Assembly: GCF_009914755.1 (NCBI RefSeq)
Contig: NC_060931.1
Source: the human T2T-CHM13v2.0 reference genome, Homo sapiens
DNA length: 64,000 nucleotides
Strand: one strand, 5' to 3'
Below are positions 15,822 through 26,899 of the stretch, in pieces. A program made the translations under genes and the position numbers. The stretch's first letter is position 1; every line of letters starts with the position of its first letter. The notes under the pieces were generated by a model. The model saw only the letters and a list, made by a program, of their open reading frames with translations, searched no databases and was not told where the DNA came from.

Positions 15822-18162
15822 TATATTAGTCTGTTTTACACTGCTATAAAGATACTACCTGAGACTGGATAATTTATTATAAAGATACTACCTGAGACTG
15901 GATCATTTATTGAGAAAAGAGGTTTAATTGACTCACAGTTCCACATGGCTAGGGCAGCCTCAGAAACATACAATTGTGGCGGGAGATGAAAGGAAAGCAA
16001 GGTACACCTTACCTGGCAGCAGGAGAGAGAGAGAGAGATCAGGGGAAATTCCAGACATTTATCAAACAACCAGATCTCATGAGAACTCTCTTGCTATCAT
16101 GAGAAAAGAATGGGGGAAACCACCATCATAATCCAATTATCTTCCACCAAATCCCACCCTTGACACCTGGGGATTACAAGTCAAGATGAGATTTGGGTTG
16201 GGACACAGCCAAATCACATCATTCCACTCCTGGCTCCTCCCAAATCTTATGTCCTTTTCACATTTCAAAACCAATCATGCCTTCCCAGTGGTTCCCCAAA
16301 TTCTTAACTCATTCTAGCATTAACTCAAAGGTTCAAGTCCAAAGTTCAGGTTCAAATCCCTTTTGTCTATGAGCCTGTAAAAGCAAAAGCAAAGTAGTTA
16401 CTTCCAAGATGTAATGGAGGTACAGGCATTTGGTAAATGTTCTCATTCCAAAAGGAGGAAGTTGGCCAATAACAAAGGGGCCATAGGCCCCACACAAGTC
16501 TGAAATCCAACAGGGCAGCTATTAAATTTTAAAGCACAAAATGATCTCCTTTGACTCCGTTTCTCACATTCAGGGCACACTGATGCAAGGGGTGGGCTGC
16601 CAAGGCTTTGGGTAGCTCCACTCCTGCAGTTCGACAGAATACAGCCCTTTGGCTACTTTTACCAGCTGGCGTTGAGTGCCTGCATCTTTTCCAGGTGCAT
16701 GGTGCAAGCTGCTGATGGAACAACCATTCTGGAGTGTGATGAATGGTGGCCTCCTCTCACAGTTCTCCTAGGCAGTGCCCCAGTGGGGACTCTGTGTGGG
16801 GACTCCAATCCCACATTTCCTCCAGACACTGCCTGGACATCCAGGTGTTTCCATATACATCCTCTGAAATCTAGGAGGAGGTTCCTAAAGCTCACTCTTG
16901 TCTTCTGCACACCCACAGGCCCAATGCCGCATGGAAGCTTCCAAGGTTTGGGGCTTATACCTTCTGAAGCAATGGTCTGAGCTGCATCTTGGCCCCTTTT
17001 AGCCCCGGCTGGAGCCACAGAGGCTGTGATGCCAGGTACCGTGTCCTGAGGCTGCACAAGCAGCGAGCCCCTGGGCCTTGCCCAGGAAACCATTTTTCCC
17101 TTCCTAGGCCTCTGGGCTTGTGATAGCAGGGGCTGCTGTGAATGTCTCTGACATACCCTGAAGACATTTTCCCCATTTTCTTGGATATTAACATTCAGCT
17201 CCTCATTACTTAGGCCAATTTCTGCAGCTGGCTTGATTTCCTCCCTAGAAATTTTTTTTCCCTATCACATTGTCAGGCTTCAAATTTTCCAAACCTTTAT
17301 ACTCTGCTTCCCTTTTAAATATAAGTTCCGATTTCAAATAATCTTTTTGTGAATGCATATAAATGTATGCTTTCGGGAAAATCCAGGTCACATCTTGAAT
17401 GCTTTTCTGCTTAGAAATTTCTTCTGCCAGATACCCTAAATCATCTCTCTCACTCACACGTTCAAAGTTCTGCAGATCTCTAGGGCAGATGCAAAATGCC
17501 ACCAGTCTCTTTGCTAAAGCATAGTAAGAGTGACCATAGCTCCAGTTCCCAATAAGTTTCTCATCTCCATCTGAGACAAACTCAGCCTGGACTTCATTGT
17601 CTATATCATTATCAGCACTTTGGTCAAAGCCATTCAACAAGTCTCTAGGAAGTTTCAAACTGTCCCACATTTTCCTGTCTTCTCCTGAGTCCTCCGAACT
17701 GTTCCAACCTCTGCCTCTTACCCAGTTCCAAAGTCACTTCCACATTTTCAGCTTATCTTTATAGCACTGCCCCCCTACCTTGGTACAAATTCTCTGTATT
17801 AGTTCCTTTTCACACTGCTACAAAGATACTACCTGAGACTTGGTAATTTATGAAGAAAAGAGGTTTAATTCACTCACAGTTCCACATGGCTGGGGAGGCC
17901 TCAGGAAACTTACAATCATATTGGAAGGTGAAGGGGAAACAAGGCATGTCTGACATGATGGCAGGAAAGAGAGAATGAGCAAGGAAGTGTCAGACACTTA
18001 TCAAACAACCAGATTTCATGAGATGTTCCTTATTATCATGAGAACAGGATGGGGGAAACTATCCCCATGATCCAATCACCTCCTACCAAGTCCCACCTTT
18101 GATATCTGGGGATTACAATTTGAGATGAGATTTGGGTGGGGACACAGAGCCAAACCATATCA
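15822..18162 (-). mobile_element. Complete MaLR element (MSTA-type): LTR 15822-16221, internal 16222-17794, LTR 17795-18162
   Basis: Two similar LTRs around an MST-int/THE1-int-like body (track ORF 17245-17670 is the decayed MaLR internal ORF); TSD GTAAT/GTAAG. Confidence 0.9.
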
Positions 18163-21100
18163 GTAAGAAAAGATCTTCTAACAACAACAAAAAAGTCCAT
18201 GACCAGATGGATTCACAGCCAAATTTTACCAGACATAGAAAGAAGAGCTGGTACCACTCTTATTGAAACTATCCCCCAAAATTAAGGAGGTGGGGTTCCT
18301 TCTTAACTCATTTTATGAAACTAGTATCACTCTGATACCTAAATCAGGAAAGAACACAACAAAAAGGAAAACTACAGGTGAATATTTCTGATGAACTTAG
18401 ATACAAAAATCCTTAATAAGATACTAGCAAACCAAATCAGATAGTCCACAGTCAACATAGAGGAAAAAATTTTAAAGGCAGCAAGATAGAAGCATTTAAT
18501 CACCTATAAAGGCAATCCCATCAGAGTAACAGTGGACTTCTCAGCAGATACCTTACAAGCCAGAAAAGACTGGGGGGAAAAGTACATCAAAAAGATAATT
18601 CATCATGATAATGTGGGTTTTATTTTAGAGGGGGTGCAAAGATGTTTCAACATCTGCAAATCAATAAATATGATTAATCACAGAAACAACTGAAAACAAA
18701 AACTGTATGATCATCTCAATAGATGCAGAAAAGACTTTCAATAAAATCCAATATCCTTTCCTGATAAAAACCTTCAACGAACTAGGCATCAGTGGAACAT
18801 ACCTTGAAATAATAAGAGCCATATATGACAAACGACAAACCCACATCCTCATTACACTGAATAGGAAAAAGCTGAAAGCATATCCCCTGAGAACTGGAAC
18901 TAGACAAGGTTATTCATTCTCACAACTCCTATTCAACATACTGGAGGCACTACCCAGAGCAATCAGACAAAAGAAAGAAATAAAACGCATCCAAATTGGA
19001 AAAGAGGAGTTTAAATGATCTCTGCTCACTGATGACATGATTTTATACCTAGAACCACCTAAGTCTCCTCCAAAAGACTCATAGACTTGATAAATAAATT
19101 AAAGTTCTATGATACAAAATCAATGTACAAAAATCAGTAGCATTTCTATACACCAATAATTTTCAAGATGACAACAAAATCAAGAACTCAATCCCATTTA
19201 TAATAGCTGCAAAATATAAAATACCAACGAATACATTTAACCAAGGAGGTTAAGGATCTCTATAAGGATAACTACAAAACAGTGATAAAAGCAATTGTAG
19301 ATGGCACACACAAATGGAAAAACATCCCATGGTTGTGGATTTGAAGAATCAATGTCATTAAAATGACCATATGCCTAAAACAATCTACAGATTCAATGCA
19401 ATTTCTATTATATTACCAACATCATTTTTTCCCAAAATTTGAAAAAACAATCCTAAAGTTCATATGGTACCAACAATACTCTGACTAGCCAAAGTAATCC
19501 TAAGAAAATAGAATAAATTTAGAGGCATCACATTGCCTGACTTCAAATTATATGATAAGGCTATCATAATTAAAACAGCATGGCACTTGTACAAAAATAG
19601 ACATACAGATCAATGGACCAGAATAGAGAACCTACATATAAAGTCACATGGCTACAGCCAACTAATCTTTGATAAAGTTGTTAAAAACAAACAATAGGGA
19701 AAGGACATGCTATTCAATAAATGGTATTGGGAAAATTGGCTAGCCATATGCAAAAGAATGAAACTGGATCCCTATCTCTGACCATACATAAAAATTAACT
19801 CAAGATGGATTAAAGAATTAAATGTTATACCTGAAACTATAAAACTCCTGGAAGAAAACCTAGGAAAAACTCTTCTCGAGATTGGCCTAGGCATGAATTT
19901 ATGAAGAACACCCTAAAAGCAAATGCAACAAAAATAAACATAGGCAAATGGGACATAATTAAACTAAAAAGCTTCTGCACAGCAAAACTAATATTCAGCA
20001 GAATAAAAAACCTACAGAATAGGAGAAAATATTTTCAAATTGTGCATCTGACAAAGGACGAATATCCAGAATCTATGAAGAACTCAAATAAACTCAAAAA
20101 GAGAAAAAAAAAAAAAAAAAAAAAACGAAAACAAAACCCAGCCCCATTAAAAACGGGGCAAATGACCTGAACAGACATTTCTCTAAAGAAGAAATACAAG
20201 TGCCCAACCAACACATGAAAAAAATGCTCAACATCACTAATCATCAGAGAAACGCAAATCAAAACCACAATGAGTTATCATCTTATGCCTGTGAGAATGT
20301 CTATTATTAAAAAGTCAAAAAGCAACAGATGTTGTCATGGATGCGGAGAAAAGGGAACACTGATACACTGTTGGTGGGAATGTAAATTAGTTCAATCTCT
20401 ATGGAAAACACTGTGGAGATTTCTCAAAGAACTAAAAATAGAACTACCATTAGACCCAGCAATCCCACTACTGTGTATCTACCCAAAGGAAAAGAAATTA
20501 TATAAAAAAAGACATCTGCACCTATATGTTCATTGTAGCACTATTCATAATTACAAAGTCATGGAACCAACCTAAGTGTCCATCAATGGTTGACTGGATA
20601 AATAAAATATGGTATATATAGATCATGGAATACTATACAGTTATAAAAAAGCATAGAATCATGTCCTTTCCAGCAACATGGATGGAGCTGGAAGCCATTA
20701 TCCTAAATGAACTAACTCAGAAACAGAAAACCAAATATCACATTTTCACACTTGTGTGAGGTAAACAATGGGTACACATGGGAATAAAGATGAAAATAAT
20801 AGACATTGGAGACTCCAAAAGGGGGAAAGATGGGAGGGGTCAAGGGCTGAAAACTACCTGTCATGTACAGTGTTCACTATTTGTGTAGTGGTACACTAGA
20901 AACTCAATCCCCATCGGTATGCAATATACCTATGTGAAAAACAAGCACATGTACCCCTTGAATCTAAAATAATTTTTTTAAATTAAATTTTAAAATAGAG
21001 ATATTCTTGGGTTGAAATATGAACTGGTGTTAACCACCGTTGTTTCTTCAGTCTAAGGATAGTAGTAACAAGTTTATTTGACAAGGAAGTTTGTCAAATT

Positions 21101-22260
21101 TGTCACACTGGAAAGAATTCGAACATATTTTGGGGTGGGCTCAGAAATTGTTCCATAACCTATTATAGAATATTAAATGATGCTTTCTTTTAGAGTAAAA
21201 ATTGGTAATTGATCCCTTTACTGACCTCATTTATTTTAAATGCACAAGAAGCTTCATTCTTTGTTATCTGTTAGAGAGAGGTCTTCCCTACAATTAATTT
21301 GGCAGTTATTTTAGATACTAGAGACCTTTAAATGATCACAGACCACCACCTTAATGGCAATATCTTTTATTTTCCACCACATGCATGACATTTGGTGTAG
21401 ATTTGCTAACTGAAGTTATGGCTGGTTCATCATTTGAGGCAGCAGTTCATATTACTTAAATACTAGACTCAGTAAACTTTCTGATCCCAGGTACTTCACA
21501 CATTTTTTGATGTGTGACCACCACTTAATCTTATATGTCAAAGTGCCTCTATTTATAAAACAAGATTATGGATACCTTTTATCACATTATATTTCTCAAG
21601 AAGGATGACTTATAAGATACAAAATGTACTGTTCTTATAATAAATATGATAATCTTTGAAAAGAATGTGATATTCAGAAAGAAGTTACCCTAATAATAAA
21701 TATAAATTTTTAATTAATATATTTCTATATGCGAGTCAATTTTTTATCAGGGATTATTAAATAGTGTGTGAGTATTTTGCTTTATTATTTTTCTTTCATT
21801 CATCTGTCTGATCAGATATAACCCCTAAGAAATGGTGGCCAATGGATATAAAAGGAAGTAAATTTTAATCAGCATATTTTAAAACTTGAGAGTAGTTATG
21901 GTAAAGGATGAATGGTTGGAGGGTTTAACTATTGATTCTATTGATTATCATTAAATTTATAGATTATTTATGAAATAAATAATTTCTATTATACAATAAC
22001 AGAGACTTTATAAACACTACAAATAAATTCATATAATTTCTAAATAAGATTATTATAGTGCTTTCTGTCATCATTTGATGAAAGGGAAAAATAAACCCTG
22101 AAATATATAGAAGTATAAAATAACAATTATAAGTAATTAACAGGAGTACACTAGACTTATATAGAGGTTATCAAAAGGTCCAGGGTTGTGAGTCATACAT
22201 AGCTCCATATTCCCTCGCCCTGGAACCCTGGAAAAGTATAGAATAATGGGAGACATGTGT

Positions 22261-22558
<298 letters not shown>

Positions 22559-22935
22559 TTCCTCCCTTCTTTTAAAGCAGCCCAAATTGTCCTCAGAAAG
22601 TCATGCAAAAGAACACAATTCCCTATTATTTTCATATCAGTTGTAGACACATTAAATATTAAATGCTTGCTACTTCACCGGTAATTAAAGTAGATAACAA
22701 AATTCATGTAGAATGTTTTAGTTATTGTACAACATATCATCAAAATAAAATAATAACAAAGGTATTGGTATAACTTATCCACTTAAGATCTGTCAGGCTA
22801 TAAATGTATAAAGGGTTAATGTATCCATTTCTTCCCACTCACTCTTCCTATTTATAGACTTTAAGAAAAAAATTTGGCATGACTTGTATAAGAAGAAAAT
22901 GTCAAAAGGTTATAAAACACTGCAGAGAAAACGTT

Positions 22936-22941
22936 TTTAAT
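22936..22941 (-). terminator. Candidate polyadenylation signal ATTAAA of the minus-strand gene
   Basis: Minus strand reads CTCATTAAAAACGTTTTCTCTGCAGTGTTTTATAACCTTTTG: variant hexamer followed by GT/T-rich downstream sequence. It lies 3' of the candidate stop codon. Confidence 0.4.
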
Positions 22942-23262
22942 GAGTCTTCCAGAATCCTGAAATAGAAAAGATCAGAAATAAGGTTACTGTAATGAAACCA
23001 GTTAATGGAACCAGTGTTCAAGACATGTTTTCTACTAGTATTTCTACCTACCTGTACTGCATAATTAGTGGTAGGCAAGTTAGGTTGTAAACTGTGAGAA
23101 AAACAACATATTTTCCATCTCTGGCTCCTAGCTCTGCTGCAGGCAGCTGGGAGTGTTTTCCAGAAATAGAAGATGGCTGTAACAAACAATAAAATATAGG
23201 CAGTGAGAGCCATGATGATCTCTGTATCATATCTGTCATCACTGTACCTGCTGACAGTTTTA

Positions 23263-23357
23263 TCAGAATGCCAGGGAGTCTGAAGGCAATGTGTCATAAT
23301 CTGTGGGGATGCCTGGTCCCAAAGGATTTATGGCTTCATTAGGAAACAAAGGAAGAA
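23263..23357 (-). CDS. Candidate last coding exon of an unidentified gene: (V)LPLFPNEAINPLGPGIPTDYDTLPSDSLAF*
   Basis: Non-repeat sequence, richer in GC than its flanks. Acceptor ttttatttaatttaag|TTCTTCC; phase 1 matches the upstream donor; stop TGA at 23263-23265. Confidence 0.55.
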
Positions 23358-23739
23358 CTTAAATTAAATAAAATTTTTAAAAATGAATTCACATTTCCTA
23401 GTAACCTGAAATGAGATTTTGAATGCTATAATAAATGCATGCTTCCATGACACAAATTTGCTTTTGCCTGTATTCATTACCTTTTTTATTTTTAAGTTAC
23501 TCCTTGGCTTCTTATAATCAGAAACACAGAGACTTTGGTCTTGTATTTAATTGTTTGATGATGTTGAAGACCTCAAAACCCAAATGATGAAACTCACTGG
23601 TGGTTGTAGTTTTTTATCTGTGTTTTCTTATCAAATCAGTCAGTAAAGTAAACCACTTGCCGACGCTGCTCAAGCCTGAGTTCTTATCCTGACATACCAA
23701 TTGATTATATAACTTCAGGACTAAATAAGAATGTGTTCA

Positions 23740-24230
23740 AAGGTGCTGGAAAAGGTCAGAAAACCTGGGTTCCAGTTCAGCTCTTAGGAACTGTGTGACC
23801 TTAGAAAAAGAATCATTATATGTTACCTCAGGATGTTGCTATGAGAACAAGTAAAATAAAGTCTTTCGTAAAGTAGAAGATTATACATTTATATATTTGC
23901 TCAGTAGTAGAGAATAGGTATATATTATTAAAGCAACAAAATATTTCCAATGAAAAGTACTGGAATGGAATTAGGACATTGGGGTTCTAGGCTTAACAAC
24001 ATGTTAAATAAATTCTTCTAGTTGTATGCTGTGGTGGCTAATATGGGATTGACCTGACGTTATCGGTAATATAAGGCGGCTATTTTGAAGATCTGGCTAG
24101 TATCCTATATTTTATTTCTAAAAGTTCTACCTGTCAGACCTTGGGTTAGTCACTTAACTTCTCTGGGACACTAGTTTATAGGAATGTAAATGAATTAGAT
24201 TAGATGATTATTAACTTCCATTCTAGTCTT
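23740..24230 (+). mobile_element. MIR fragments
   Basis: aacctgggttccagtt...ctgtgtgaccttag; gaccttgggttagtcacttaacttctctgg. Confidence 0.55.
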
Positions 24231-24251
24231 AAAATGGCCTACCACATTCAC

Positions 24252-24318
24252 CTATCTCCTTCTTTGTGTTGAAATCTGGTAAGGTCAGCACAGAAAGGAC
24301 CTTCAGACTCAGCATTTC
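24252..24318 (-). CDS. Candidate internal coding exon EMLSLKVLSVLTLPDFNTKKEI of the same gene
   Basis: Acceptor ctcaattccattcagccacattccaacag|GAA; donor ATAG|gtgaat (phase 1) joins in frame to 23357. The frame also stays open to an alternative acceptor at 24397. Confidence 0.5.
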
Positions 24319-24969
24319 CTGTTGGAATGTGGCTGAATGGAATTGAGGTTTTTCCATTATTGGCTTTCCTGTCCAGTTTCTCTTCACATTACAGATTCTG
24401 GTACAAAGTACTCTATATCATGGTCATCAGGATTCTTGCTTGCTTTTGCCTGAGGCTTGCAGAGATATGTGTAAATATTTCATTATTCGAACTAACACTT
24501 AAACTAACCCTTTCTTTTTCTTTTTTTCTGTTTTCATGAAAGACCTGTCGAAGAAGCACCTACATACTAATGTTATCACAGATACAGACCATCAGCAAAT
24601 CAAAATTCAGAACCGCAGATATCTTTCTGAGGGTAAAACTAGAAAGAGTCTAAGAAACAGTCATTCTGTGTTTGAAGGAACCATGACTCCTAAACTATCA
24701 CAATCCTATTTCCTTTTATGCCTATTGTTCATGCTTTCCGTAATGTCTTACCATTTTGACAGATTAAGTGAATTCATGTTAAATTACACAAAAGCAGTAA
24801 AAGTAAAAGCATTTAGGTATAGAAAACATGCATACAAAATCATGATTTATTTCACCAAGGCCACAGAGGGTTAATTGTCAATGTTTTGAATTTTATTTTC
24901 TGCCTCTTTTGTGATTTGGAATTATGTTAAATCAACTATCCCTTTAATTATTTTATTTTAAATCTTTGG

Positions 24970-24970
<1 letters not shown>

Positions 24971-25003
<33 letters not shown>
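24971..25003 (+). repeat. (TG)n microsatellite, ~16 units
   Basis: Seen directly. Confidence 0.97.
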
Positions 25004-25008
<5 letters not shown>

Positions 25009-25039
25009 GATATGAACACACACACACAATGGGATAGAC

Positions 25040-25340
25040 CAGCAGGCTGGAGGCTGGAGACTGCAGATGCAGATAAGAAATTGTAGTTCAATTTCGAAGC
25101 AGTCCACTGGTAGAATTTTCACATCCTCTGGGGAGGTCAGTTTGTTCCTGTTAAGAGGTTCAACTGATTGCATGAGGCCCACTCACGTTACAGAGGGCAA
25201 TCTGATTTACTCAAAATCCACTGATATAAAGGTTAATTTAATAAAACAAAATACCCATCCAGAAACAGCTAGAATAATGTTTGACCAAATATCTGGTTAG
25301 AGTGGCCTAGCTAAGCTGACACATAAAATTAACTATCACA
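25040..25340 (-). mobile_element. MLT2 (ERVL) LTR fragment
   Basis: ttcaactgattgcatgaggcccactcac...atctgatttactcaaaatccactgat...gctgacacataaaattaactatcaca. Confidence 0.85.
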
Positions 25341-25399
25341 TAGCTCTTCCCCTATACTTTATTGTTTTCTTTATGATACTCTTCTTAGCTCCCCTCAGC

Positions 25400-26180
25400 T
25401 ATCGCCAAGGCTGATCTACCACATAATGAATAAATACTTTTAAACGTATATCTTCAATTCTCATCTCTTGCAATACCTGTAGTTCCAACATGCTTAAAAC
25501 AAAAACTCATTATCTTTTCTCCCTTATCTACTTCTTTCTTTTATTAATGGCACCATTATTCATCTAAAAATCTTGGAGTCATCTTTAAATTCTCCCACTT
25601 TATCCTTTTTTTTTCTAACGAAATTCCAATTCACACACTTAATCACGCAACAATATTTATTAAACATCTTCTAGGTATCAGATAATGTCCTCAGCAATGT
25701 CAACAAAATAGTGAGGAGGCAGACAATAAGCAAACATTCACCCCAATAATTTTAATTGTGGTAAATGTTATGAAGGAAAAACACAGGATGCTAGAAGACT
25801 GTAAAACTGAGGGGCCTCATAGAGTGTGAGAGGGTCAGGGAAAGCTGGGATCAGGAGGATACCTAGGAGTTAGCCCAGCAAAATTGAATGGTAAGGAGAG
25901 GAGGAGTACATCAGGCAGAGGAAACACGAGCAAAGACCTTGAAAAGGGACGAAATAAGAGGCGATAATGATGCCTGAGTACTAAGTCATGAGCTTTTACC
26001 CTCAAAATGACCCCATGATATAAGTATCATGATGTAGATACCAACTTTTGATCCATTGTAGAGGCTCAACCAATGTCTGTTGCATAAATATACATTGTAA
26101 CTGAGGAAACTGAGGCTCAAAAAGATTACATAAGGAGCTTAAGTTTATAGAAGATTAAGTGGCAGTGAGGACTCCACCTT
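25400..26180. mobile_element. L2 and MIR remnants
   Basis: L2-like caatatttattaaacatcttctagg...; MIR core tgaggaaactgaggctca at ~26102. Confidence 0.55.
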
Positions 26181-26899
26181 CTGGAGAAGACTCAGAGAGG
26201 AGAGTCATTGCCCCTAGTTACCCCATTGCTGGCCCATCAGCAAAACAAAGAAACACCATCAAACTTCTAAATCCTGGGTAAATCCTGGTAAAACAGTGTA
26301 CAATATTCTGATTTTGCTAGACCAACAATGATTTTTCTAGCATTTGGTTTGCATGATTTTGATCATTTTGGAATATATTCACATCAAATAACCCTAGATC
26401 TTGATTAAATGATTCAGTTTCTCATCTGCTCTTAATTAATCTCAGCATTCATTTATTGCTTTCTTTACTAAAAGCAATAATGACTTTTTTAACCTACTAC
26501 AATATTTGCTTTAATCTCACACAAATGAAGTGATAAGGAATTTCAGAGATGACAAGATTTCAAGAATAACTTACATCTCCTCTCACCCCACCCTATGCCC
26601 CCTGCAGGAAGAAGCAATGTTTCTGATTTAGAATATAGTACCTCATAAAAATAGAATAATAGGATTGTGGACTCCATAAAAATCTCTTTTTTATTTGTAA
26701 TGAATAAGCTTTACACAAGAAGAATTAGAATTCTTATAAGGAGAGTCATCTTGAGTTTACAAATTGATCATATATTTTCAGTTTTAATATCTACTGTAGT
26801 GGAATTGGTACCAGGTTAGTAATTTGGAAACCAAGTACAAAGTGTTCTCCAGACATGAAAGTTTACTGGCAATAGAGATGAGAGGTATTTTTACTCTCT

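Larger units (their letters stand above)
11025..20995 (+). mobile_element. Full-length L1PB-type element with nested THE1 LTR, L1PA and MST provirus
   Basis: 5' end ccaagatggtggattagaggc; long repeat-containing 5'UTR; decayed ORF1 ~14430-15400; ORF2 ~15510-20750 (track ORFs 18707-19018 and 20270-20575 are L1 RT and C-terminal); PB-type 3'UTR ending gcacatgtaccccttgaatctaaaataa. Confidence 0.88.

Noticed and set aside
16529-17670. ORFs up to 144 aa
   Set aside because: Decayed MaLR internal sequence.
23555-23695. Possible C/D-box snoRNA (ATGATGA at ~23584, CTGA downstream)
   Set aside because: No convincing terminal stem, no recognised guide sequence, and it is on the strand opposite the candidate host gene.
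23263-24318. Assigning a gene symbol to the candidate exons
   Set aside because: I do not recognise the peptide; naming it needs a database search.
24536-24874. 112-aa + strand ORF in unique DNA
   Set aside because: No domain resemblance or splice context; length compatible with chance.
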